Assembly (NCBI GenBank): GCA_963785235.1
Contig: CAWAUM010000012.1
Span: 64,001 to 128,000 of the forward strand
Origin: an uncultured delta proteobacterium
GTDB taxonomy: Bacteria > Desulfobacterota > Desulfomonilia > UBA1062
Direction: 5' to 3'
DNA: 64,000 nucleotides
In this document: piece after piece, positions 19,885 to 28,073 of the stretch
How the letters are laid out: each line of letters opens with the position of its first letter
Numbering within the stretch: the first letter of the stretch is position 1
Notes under the pieces: model-generated
Databases searched by the model: none
Seen by the model: the letters and a program-made list of their open reading frames with translations, nothing else
What the model was told of the DNA's origin: nothing
Translations under genes and position numbers: made by a program

Positions 19885-21981
19885 TCACTTCTTCTCCGGC
19901 TTCAGGATCACGGTCTCTTCCAATTCATCCTTGTCCTTTGCCACGGTCTTTTTCACAGCGTCTGCCTGTGCGACCTTTGCCGGGGCACCCATGACGAGAG
20001 TCTCGTCAAGTTCATCTTCAGCAGGCCTTTTCAGAGGCTCTTCCTTTGCCTTCGGGGTCACCCTTGAGGGACCTGGGCTCATGACAACTGTCTTGTCCAG
20101 GTCAACAGGTTCCTTTATTGAGACAGGGGCAACAGGTGAAGCGCCGGGATGCCGCATGATGATTGTCTCGGTGCTGAAGTCTTCATCTTCTAGGGCTGCA
20201 GCACCTTGTTGCTGCGGCCTGGCCGTCAGGACCACGGTCTGGGAATACTCGTCTTTTGCCTCTGCCTGAACAGAAGGTTCAGCAGGTGTTATGATGACCG
20301 TTGCCTCACCATCTTCGAGTGCTGATACGCCTTGCTGCTGCAACGCCGTAGCAGCGGTCTCAGGTTTCTTATCCGCAGGTGCAACCGGTATTTCCTGAGC
20401 CCACTTTGACTTGATCTGCTTGAGGATAAGCCCTATCTGGGCATCATGGGAACGTTCCTTTCCAGGGGCCTCTCCAGGGGCCTCCGGGAATGCCTGTTCC
20501 ACCGGTGCCTCAAGGAACAGCTCCTTTCTGATTTCATCAATGAGATCATGAAAGGCCTGCCATAACTCATCAAGCAGAAAACCGGGTTTCCCGGCATCCA
20601 CCAGCAGCGCCCTGCCTATATCAAGTGCCTTATCCCAGAGCCCTTTCCACTTCATTGGCACAGGCCCGGGCTCCCAGAAGATATTTCCCGGCCCGAAAAC
20701 AGGCATATCTTTACGAATCTGTTTCTCTTTCAACACCGCCATGATCTCATCATTGATGACCCGGATATCCTGTGAGCTGTTTCTCAGAAGGGCATGGAAC
20801 CAGAGCATGCCCATGCAGTGGGCCGCATAGTCGGACCCGGGGGACAAGAGCACCCCGGGAATCTCCGGCTCCATATCCACGAGCGTGAGCTTGAATGTCC
20901 AAAAGGCAGGCAGGAGGCTGCCCTGTTCCGGGATCTGCACCCACAGGTTATCAAGGGAGGGTCCGAATCCGGGGTAGGTGAATCTTCTTTTATCCGACAG
21001 GACATACCCAGCAACCTCGCCCAGGAAACAGAGCTTCAGATAGAGGATCTCCAGAAACTCACGCGCCTGCCCGGCAAACAGCAACGGCGAGGCAGCGCGG
21101 TCCCTAAGGAGGCCCACAAGCTCCTTCCGGGCAAAATGTCTTTGTGAATCCAGGGTCTGTTCAATCTCTTCAAAGGGTGCACCTGAAAGCAGCGAGAGGT
21201 AGTCGCAGGCATTGAGCGAAGCAGCCTCGAACATGAGCAGATAGAAGGGATAGAAGGCAACCGGGGTGATAATGGAAAGGACATGCCTGTCCTGGTAACA
21301 TGCGGTGTGCTCGGGACAACGGATGCAGGGCAGATCACCGTTCGAAAGCCCGCCGAACCCCATGATGAGTTCCGCTGTTCCCTTTACGCGGGCAGGGTCT
21401 GTGGCATCCAGGGCATATGAGTAAAAGTTTCCATCACCTTCCTTTAGGCTGCATACAGGGCATGCAAGGTAGCGCGAGGGCGAGGTTGAGTAGGGCTTAA
21501 GGCCTGCCTCCCCAAGGAGCTTGTCATCCCGGCACAGCTCAAGCAACTTGCCGCATTGCGGGCAGGGGGGATGGAAGAACTGCCTGACCTTTGCACAGTA
21601 GAAGATCGACCTGAACTGTTCAAGGCCGCCCTTCTTATCACTCTGGGCTGAAAGGGTAATGAGAGGACCGCCCTGGGAGTGATTCCTGAAGGCATCCTGC
21701 CAGGCGGAATCGATATCCGTATTGGTTAATGGATTAAGGCCTGCCCCGGCAAGGGGATAATCATCCCTGGAGATCAGGAGGAAAACATGCTTCAAGACGC
21801 TAAGAGCATCGCTTTGAATCCTGGCCTTGATGATACGCGTCAGGGCAGAGGTATCATTGATGATCTCAAAAGGGAACAGGGGAGCGGTTTGAGTATTCTG
21901 ACCGCTGAAGCCCGAAACCAAACCCAGGGAAAAGGGTGTCTTGGTGCCGGTGATATAGTGAAGCAATGAAGGATCAGCCAT
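19885..21981 (-). CDS. T6SS-associated Cys-rich, kinase-like hypothetical protein with a repetitive Thr-motif tail
   Basis: CPQC, CPVC and CIRC..C motifs; degenerate kinase-like segments; six acidic-T-hydrophobic repeats in the tail; first gene of the operon. Confidence 0.55.
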   Translation of the reverse strand: MADPSLLHYITGTKTPFSLGLVSGFSGQNTQTAPLFPFEIINDTSALTRIIKARIQSDALSVLKHVFLLISRDDYPLAGAGLNPLTNTDIDSAWQDAFRNHSQGGPLITLSAQSDKKGGLEQFRSIFYCAKVRQFFHPPCPQCGKLLELCRDDKLLGEAGLKPYSTSPSRYLACPVCSLKEGDGNFYSYALDATDPARVKGTAELIMGFGGLSNGDLPCIRCPEHTACYQDRHVLSIITPVAFYPFYLLMFEAASLNACDYLSLLSGAPFEEIEQTLDSQRHFARKELVGLLRDRAASPLLFAGQAREFLEILYLKLCFLGEVAGYVLSDKRRFTYPGFGPSLDNLWVQIPEQGSLLPAFWTFKLTLVDMEPEIPGVLLSPGSDYAAHCMGMLWFHALLRNSSQDIRVINDEIMAVLKEKQIRKDMPVFGPGNIFWEPGPVPMKWKGLWDKALDIGRALLVDAGKPGFLLDELWQAFHDLIDEIRKELFLEAPVEQAFPEAPGEAPGKERSHDAQIGLILKQIKSKWAQEIPVAPADKKPETAATALQQQGVSALEDGEATVIITPAEPSVQAEAKDEYSQTVVLTARPQQQGAAALEDEDFSTETIIMRHPGASPVAPVSIKEPVDLDKTVVMSPGPSRVTPKAKEEPLKRPAEDELDETLVMGAPAKVAQADAVKKTVAKDKDELEETVILKPEKK

Positions 21982-22089
21982 TACTTACAGCTCCGCTAAG
22001 AGGGGTGCATAGCACTGAGAGATATTTGTATTTTCTGTGATGCCGGTTGTAAATATCATGTTCGCATTTCAATAATATACAGATAATTA

Positions 22090-22118
22090 ACTCTATATTT
22101 ATCCCATTACCTTGTCAA
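22090..22118 (-). promoter_or_regulatory. Candidate sigma70 promoter for the T6SS operon
   Basis: TTGACA-17 nt-TAGAGT on the minus strand, about 110 bp upstream of the ATG at 21981. Confidence 0.5.
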
Positions 22119-22376
22119 GGCAACACGAGCGTGAATGAGATTTTTTAAGGGTTATCCGGTTAAAGCATTCTTTATCTTATGGCGTGAACAGATTTAAGCT
22201 TTAGGGTAGGAGAATGATGGGTCTGGTCTTTTTTTACTTATTGGGACACAGATAATCTTTTTAAAAATGGCAAAAAAGGACCCTTTATTCTCACTTATTC
22301 ATACCTTGTGCATGCTTCATTTGTACGGATTGCCGGGATTGCGCTGTTTTTGTGTACCCATACCCGATGGGCTCGC

Positions 22377-22589
22377 CTACACCCCTCAGGAACCGCCGTA
22401 CCCCACCTTAACCTTTCCAGCATCCACGATGAGCGGCACCTGGCGTTTTCCGCCCGACAGCTTGAGCATCTCCTGGAGCCGTGCATTGTCTTTTTTCACA
22501 TCATAATACGTTGCTTTATCCCCATAGGCCGACCTGGCCTGGTCGGTATAGGGTCAGCCGGCCTTACCGTAGATAATGATCTCTGACAT
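22377..22589 (-). CDS. Glutaredoxin-like double selenoprotein (Uxx-star type), 70 aa
   Basis: GGAGG RBS; MSEIIIYGKAG-U-PYTDQARSAYG...GGKRQVPLIVDAGKVKVGYGGS-U-GV*; TGA at 22556-22554 and 22388-22386, each followed by a hairpin. Confidence 0.85.
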
Positions 22590-23173
22590 AAAAAACCTCC
22601 AGATTATATCTGGGTATACTATAAGAGAAGCAATGAATCCAAAAGGACATTCCCATTCAAAATATGACTACACAGATTGTCGGATGATGTTAAAAAATCT
22701 CCTAATCACTATCAGATTCAATATCGTAAAAGGTACCTTTGGAAAGGTAAAAAAATAGCAAGTGAAATGTTCTATAATATGATCGCTTGACCGACCTAGT
22801 GATAACGAAGGGCACCCTAAAGGGAAGGATGAGAAAATTGGAAAAACGATCTTTCCATACTTGAATTGCCATCTCTTCAAGGCTTGGGAAACGATCATCT
22901 AACATACATTCAGCCACCTTCTCATCATGAGCATTAAACCACAATATTGAATATGGGATGTGAGAAGTGAGTGCTGGTCATCCATAACTTTCTCCATCAA
23001 ACTCCCTTTGATGGTATTTAAAAACTCGTTGGAGATAGCGTATTCCTGATTCGCATCATTAGCAAGTATTAAATTTCTACTATAGCGCATTCTATCTTTT
23101 TTTCTTTTAAGCAATAGGGTTTGTTTTATCAGTGATTTCGTGACAGCAATTCTGTTACTTATATATTCCCGAA

Positions 23174-23980
23174 TTAAAGACCTTGAAAGAACATCTGGTA
23201 GAGCGTCAGCAGGATCTCAAGCACGATGAGGATCACGATATACCATTCCACGCGAAGCGAGCGTTTGTTCCTGAGAATATCGAGAAGCGTCTCTGCTGTC
23301 TGGGCGATAAGGCTTAACTTGCGCTCAAGGGCCAGGTGCCGCTCTTTGAGCTCGTACTCGCTCTGGAGCCTGATATAGAGGCGCTCAAGGTCGGGCTGGT
23401 CCCAGAGGAGGTCAGGTTTTTCAGCCACTTCCACCCTGCCCACCATCCGCTGCTGGATGAGCAGCGTGTTCCCGATGAATCGCAGGAGGTCATTGCCCTG
23501 GCGGGAGCCCCTGCCTTTATTGAGGTTTGCAGCAAGTGGTTCTATAAGATCAAAAGCCGCGGCCACGCCTGCCTCGTAGTGCGCGAGCATAACCGATTTG
23601 GCAAGTGCATCCGACACAACCTGGATATAATCCACTCTGAAATGTCTCAAGTGCAACGCGCCGTTCTCGAATACCCCTTCCCGCCCCTGGTCCAACATGA
23701 TCCCCAGGTCTTCTGTCTGGGGGTGAGAGTAGGGTTCCTCTATCAGGGGTTTGATCTGCGCGACAAAGTTCGCCTCTTCCAAGGGGTCGAGCCCGAAAAG
23801 GACTACCGCTCCGTAACGGAACAGGACAGCGCAGCCATGATCACCCACAGCTACGACAAGAGGCGCCAGTGCCATCCTGCGGCCCGTTTCCAGCGCCCGC
23901 AGGTCTATGCGTTCACCGAGACAGAAGGCACGGGCCTTTATTGTCTTCCGGCCAGGGAAAAGATCGTCTTCCATGGGCAA
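23174..23980 (-). CDS. RMD1/DUF155 family protein
   Basis: VLFRYGAVVLFG, LAKSVMLAHYE, EKPDLLWD, RVEWYIVILIVLEI. Confidence 0.9.
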   Translation of the reverse strand: MPMEDDLFPGRKTIKARAFCLGERIDLRALETGRRMALAPLVVAVGDHGCAVLFRYGAVVLFGLDPLEEANFVAQIKPLIEEPYSHPQTEDLGIMLDQGREGVFENGALHLRHFRVDYIQVVSDALAKSVMLAHYEAGVAAAFDLIEPLAANLNKGRGSRQGNDLLRFIGNTLLIQQRMVGRVEVAEKPDLLWDQPDLERLYIRLQSEYELKERHLALERKLSLIAQTAETLLDILRNKRSLRVEWYIVILIVLEILLTLYQMFFQGL

Positions 23981-24162
23981 CCTCTTAGCCTTATTTTTCG
24001 TTAAGCGTCTGGATTAATGGTGCAATATCAAGTATCTCCTCTTCCGAGGAATAAATCAATGTCCAATCAATCTACCTCATAAAACCAATCGATTATCGAG
24101 AGGAAAATGTGCTAATGGTTCCCGGGCAAGGAATGAAAGATTATCTTCCTTAAGAAGGTCTT

Positions 24163-24711
24163 ATGGACTGGAATCCAAAAGATTATGAAGAAAACATAAA
24201 AACCGCCCTGCAGGGATTGAAACGCCGGGAAACGGATATTGTCCAGCTGGTCGAGAAGGCGCTTCAAGGCGTTTCAAGACCGAACACTGTTACTGTATCA
24301 TTTATTAAAAACATTGCAGATCCTTCTGTTTGGGTCGATGATGAACGGATCTTCAAAGCACTGGTCAATCTGATGACCAATGCCGTTGAGGCCATGCCCG
24401 AAGGTGGCGAGCTGACCATCGACATGGAAGGCAACGATGACCAGGTCACTATTACGATCCAGGATAGCGGCCACGGCATCTCTGAAAAAAATATGGACAA
24501 CCTCTTCACCCCTTTCTTCACCACAAAGCCTGTGGGAGAAGGGACCGGCCTGGGGCTGCCATTTGCCTATGGGGCCGTCAAGATGCATTCGGGGCAGTTA
24601 ACCGTCGAATCCAATGCCGATGCTGCAAAGGGACCTACGGGGACGCGGATAAAGATTATCCTGCCGCGGGCAAGGCCTGACTTGTCAAAAGTTATCATTG
24701 ATGAGGAATGA
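24163..24711 (+). CDS. Stand-alone histidine-kinase ATPase (HATPase_c) domain protein
   Basis: N box NLMTNAVEA, G1 DSGHGI, F box FTPFFTTK, G2 GTGLGL; no H box. Confidence 0.85.
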   Translation: MDWNPKDYEENIKTALQGLKRRETDIVQLVEKALQGVSRPNTVTVSFIKNIADPSVWVDDERIFKALVNLMTNAVEAMPEGGELTIDMEGNDDQVTITIQDSGHGISEKNMDNLFTPFFTTKPVGEGTGLGLPFAYGAVKMHSGQLTVESNADAAKGPTGTRIKIILPRARPDLSKVIIDEE

Positions 24712-24748
24712 ATAGTCATATGAGGCATCTTGTATAACTTAAAAAAGG

Positions 24749-24818
24749 TGTCGCCCTCGCGAAAGCACAGGGCCAGAAGTTCTTAAAAAGACTGGATTCC
24801 CGCTTCCGCGGGAATGAC
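24749..24818. repeat. REP/REPIN-like double palindrome, copy 2 (left arm degenerate)
   Basis: TGTCGCCCTCGCGAAAGCACAGGGCCAG...CTGGATTCCCGCTTCCGCGGGAATGAC between convergent genes. Confidence 0.8.
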
Positions 24819-24870
24819 TAATTCGGACTTTGCAATTGGCTCATATAGAGACACTGTTCTTGTCAGCTTC

Positions 24871-26052
24871 TCAGATCTTTTCCACTTCCACATATTTTTC
24901 CCGTGCCGACAGGACCTGCACCAGTTCCCTGATATAGACCATGCGCATGGGTTCGCCGCGGATGATGTCAGCTACCTGGTTCGGGTTGATCGCAGTGCCC
25001 ACGATGAGGTGGATGTCGTCGGCCATCAGCAGAGAACGTGCCAGCCGGGTCGAGGCATCGTCATCCTTGGGCAGGTCATAGATGGTTTTTGACATCCGGA
25101 GGATCTCCGCTGCCTGCCCGAGGGTGAGAATCCCTTCGGTAACCAGGTCCACGCCCTTCAGGAGGGCCGTGGGCGGGGACCCCTTCTTGTGTTTCGGCGC
25201 ATCCTTCTTTCTCTTAGCAGGCGGTATCCAGTCCACCACAAGCTCTTCCTTCAGAACCCTGGCCGCCATCTGGGCGGTGCTGCCGCCACAGATGATCTTT
25301 TCCCCTTTCGCGCTCATGAGCCTTTTCACCGCAAACTCATCCAGGTCCTTGTTGGTCGGCGGCCCGGTCAGGACGGTAGCGGATATGGCCGGGCGCACCT
25401 TCATGCCGATGACCGTGGCATCGTCACCCGGTTTGTCTTCATACAATTTTCCGCAGGTGTTGGACAGCGCCTGGGTCAGCTTGAACGTGTCCACGATCCC
25501 GGCCTGCACGAAGCGCTGCACCGCCTTGGCAATATTGTCCCACCCCCAGCCAAGCCGGTATATCTTGCCCAGCCCAGCATGTTCATAACCATCGCTTATG
25601 AGGACCATATAATCGTTTTCCTCAAGCTCGAAACGCACTTCCCTTACCTTCCTGCCGTTCACCTCCCGTTCCTCCATGGGAAGATTGACCAGGGCATTGT
25701 CCCGAACCAGGATCAGGGGTGACGAGTCGAACTCCACGAGATGGGCATCATGACCATTATTCACGGTAAGCACTGCAAAGGTGGCATATGCAAGCTTGCG
25801 CACGCTGCATTCGGGCAGGGTTTCCACCAGGGTCTGCATGACATCTTCTATGGTTGCGCCTGATTCGAACATCCTGGCAGCGATCTCCGCAGTGAGCGTC
25901 GAGAGGATGTGTGCCTTGACCCCGCTTCCCAGACCATCGGAGAGCACCGCGACGAACGTGTCGGGATTCGAACGTATGATGACCGAATCGCCGCACAACT
26001 CTTCGCCTGCCTTGTTCAGGCTGATCCAGGAAAATTCTACGATCTGCCTCAC
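24871..26052 (-). CDS. SpoIIE/PP2C-family Ser/Thr phosphatase (hydrogenase-associated, HfsC-like)
   Basis: GEELCGD, LSDGLGSGVKA, ISDG, KPGDDAT, C-terminal ICGGSTA and LVTEGILTL. Confidence 0.9.
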   Translation of the reverse strand: MRQIVEFSWISLNKAGEELCGDSVIIRSNPDTFVAVLSDGLGSGVKAHILSTLTAEIAARMFESGATIEDVMQTLVETLPECSVRKLAYATFAVLTVNNGHDAHLVEFDSSPLILVRDNALVNLPMEEREVNGRKVREVRFELEENDYMVLISDGYEHAGLGKIYRLGWGWDNIAKAVQRFVQAGIVDTFKLTQALSNTCGKLYEDKPGDDATVIGMKVRPAISATVLTGPPTNKDLDEFAVKRLMSAKGEKIICGGSTAQMAARVLKEELVVDWIPPAKRKKDAPKHKKGSPPTALLKGVDLVTEGILTLGQAAEILRMSKTIYDLPKDDDASTRLARSLLMADDIHLIVGTAINPNQVADIIRGEPMRMVYIRELVQVLSAREKYVEVEKI

Positions 26053-27767
26053 TTGTTTCCTTCCTCTTCCAGGAGTTTCGCCAGGTGCGATACAATCGTC
26101 TTGCTCTCGGCCGTGGTTTCCCCCAGGAGGTGGGCGATCTCATGGGCCACGCGCATCTGTTTGCTCACCACCTCGCGGGTACGTTCCAGCGTCTCCTCGC
26201 GGATGGTCTTGAATTTCTCCCGCTCCTTTTCCCGCGTGGTGACATCGCGCATAATGGCCACCATCAGGGGCTGCCCCTCGACCCTGACAATGGTCTGCTC
26301 GACTATGAAATTCTCCTTGAGCCTGCGCCTCTTGCCCATAACGGGTTTTCCCTTGTCGCGTACCGCAATGAAGTCATCCAGCACGGAGATCAGGCTCGAA
26401 AGGTGTTTCCCCTCCACGTCCGCGAGTTTGCATTGGAAGAGCTTTTCCGCCGAGGGCGACATGTCATGGATAATGAGGTCGTTGTCAAAGATGATGATGG
26501 AGTTGGGGGTGACATCCATGACGACCTGGCGGAGCGATTCGGAGCGGCTGCGCATATAGGGGATGCACATGGTTACTTCCGCGAGCCCCCGCAGTGTCGC
26601 AATTGCCTTTTCCCTGCAGCTGGGATACCCACAGGCCCCGCAGTTCAGTTCGTCGTCCTTGGTGTGCTTATTGACCCGGCGCAGGACCGCCTGGATCTCT
26701 TCCTCGCTGAATTCCGGCACATGCACCTTTCTGTCCCGGTAGGTGCGTGTAAGCGGTGGCCAGTCATCCCTGATAATATTCAGATCCGACTGATGCCTGC
26801 CATGGAACTCGATGATTCTCTGGCGCGCCAGGTAAATGCCCCCGGCCACTTCCGCCATGGCCGGCCCGTTCACACACCCCCCCTTGCAGGCCATGAGTTC
26901 GACCAGACTTGCATTCAGGGTTCCTTTTCTGATGTCGTCCAGGACATCATGGCAGGCGTCCAGGCCTGAAGCAACGATCATCTGGTTATCAAGGATATCC
27001 GTATTCATCTTGGCCGTGCCGATGAGGCCGCCTTCGATGGGGAACAGCCTGGCCTTTTCAGACGGCGGGGCTTCGGTGTCTGCCGGGGTATTGCAAAAGG
27101 CGATGTTCCTTTCCGTAAACCATTCCTGCAGCCCCAGGAAGGTCATTACCGCATTGGGTCCTCCCGGAACCGATTCATCCACAATCTCGAGCTTTTTTGC
27201 GATGCACGGGCCGATGAAAACGATGTAGGCCTCGGGTCCGTACCTCTTTGAGAGCATCCGTCCGTGTGCGATCATGGGAGAAACGATGGGGGCCAGGTGG
27301 CCTATCAGGTCGGGGTGATACTGCTCTATGAGGTTGACGACAACCGGGCAGGCCGAGGCGATGACAGGCAGGCGGTCCTGTGCCTTTTCGAGATATTCAC
27401 GGTGAGCAAGGGCCACGATGTGGGCACCCACGGCGGTCTCCTCCGCAGCATGAAAACCGATATCCTGCAGGGCCTTTTCCAGTTCGTCAAAGCTTCCCAT
27501 ATCAAAGAATGCAGGGGCCGACGGGGCCACGGAGGCAACAATCAGGCGTCCCTCATTCTGGGCATTGATGATATCCTGCCTGGCACTGCGGATGCTCTTG
27601 GCCTTCTGTGGACAGATGCGGACACACGTGCCGCACAGGATGCAGAGCTCCTGCACAACCTGGGCCTGTCCTTCCTTTACCCGTATGGCCTTGACATCGC
27701 AGTTGCGCACGCACCGGTAACAGTCGCGGCAGCGGGCGGGGTTCGTCATGATGACCGGTTCGCTCAT
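26049..27767 (-). CDS. Sensory (group C) [FeFe]-hydrogenase with PAS domain (HydS/HfsB-like)
   Basis: 2x[4Fe-4S] N-terminus; variant H-cluster motifs ASACP, GPCIAKK and ELMACKGGC; LNCGACGYPSC FeS; PAS; KQMRVAHEIA..LGETTAE tail. Confidence 0.9.
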   Translation of the reverse strand: MSEPVIMTNPARCRDCYRCVRNCDVKAIRVKEGQAQVVQELCILCGTCVRICPQKAKSIRSARQDIINAQNEGRLIVASVAPSAPAFFDMGSFDELEKALQDIGFHAAEETAVGAHIVALAHREYLEKAQDRLPVIASACPVVVNLIEQYHPDLIGHLAPIVSPMIAHGRMLSKRYGPEAYIVFIGPCIAKKLEIVDESVPGGPNAVMTFLGLQEWFTERNIAFCNTPADTEAPPSEKARLFPIEGGLIGTAKMNTDILDNQMIVASGLDACHDVLDDIRKGTLNASLVELMACKGGCVNGPAMAEVAGGIYLARQRIIEFHGRHQSDLNIIRDDWPPLTRTYRDRKVHVPEFSEEEIQAVLRRVNKHTKDDELNCGACGYPSCREKAIATLRGLAEVTMCIPYMRSRSESLRQVVMDVTPNSIIIFDNDLIIHDMSPSAEKLFQCKLADVEGKHLSSLISVLDDFIAVRDKGKPVMGKRRRLKENFIVEQTIVRVEGQPLMVAIMRDVTTREKEREKFKTIREETLERTREVVSKQMRVAHEIAHLLGETTAESKTIVSHLAKLLEEEGNK

Positions 27768-27792
27768 GGGGTCTCCTTATGGAATATCACGG

Positions 27793-28059
27793 TTATCTCT
27801 TTAATAATTTGGTGTTCACCTTTCCCATGATTTCCTTGTAGAAAAAGCCTTCCGCATCTTCGGGCCGGATACCGCTGTATGCGCTGTCCCCGACGCGGAT
27901 GGACACACCTTTTGAACAGGTGTCCATGCAGAAGGCGCCGACAATATCCACCAGCCCCTGCAGGTTCTCCTTTTCAATCAGTCGCTGGATTTCAGAGGCA
28001 AGCTCGTCCGAGCCGCGGATGCTGCACGAGCTGCCGACGCAGATGGTTATTATCAGCAT
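27793..28059 (-). CDS. Thioredoxin-like [2Fe-2S] ferredoxin (HfsA-like)
   Basis: ICVGSSC...FCMDTC. Confidence 0.88.
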   Translation of the reverse strand: MLIITICVGSSCSIRGSDELASEIQRLIEKENLQGLVDIVGAFCMDTCSKGVSIRVGDSAYSGIRPEDAEGFFYKEIMGKVNTKLLKR

Positions 28060-28073
28060 TTCGAGAGTTCTCC

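Noticed and set aside
2-21969. Many long plus-strand ORFs across the T6SS region (e.g. 2701-3903, 1123-1950)
   Set aside because: Antisense shadows of high-GC minus-strand genes; no motifs
1-22000. Absence of vgrG/PAAR as a sign of an unusual T6SS
   Set aside because: The operon runs off the left edge, so these genes may lie just outside the window
22600-23170. AT-rich stretch with short overlapping minus-strand ORFs
   Set aside because: Possibly a decayed foreign gene, but no recognisable motif supports a call
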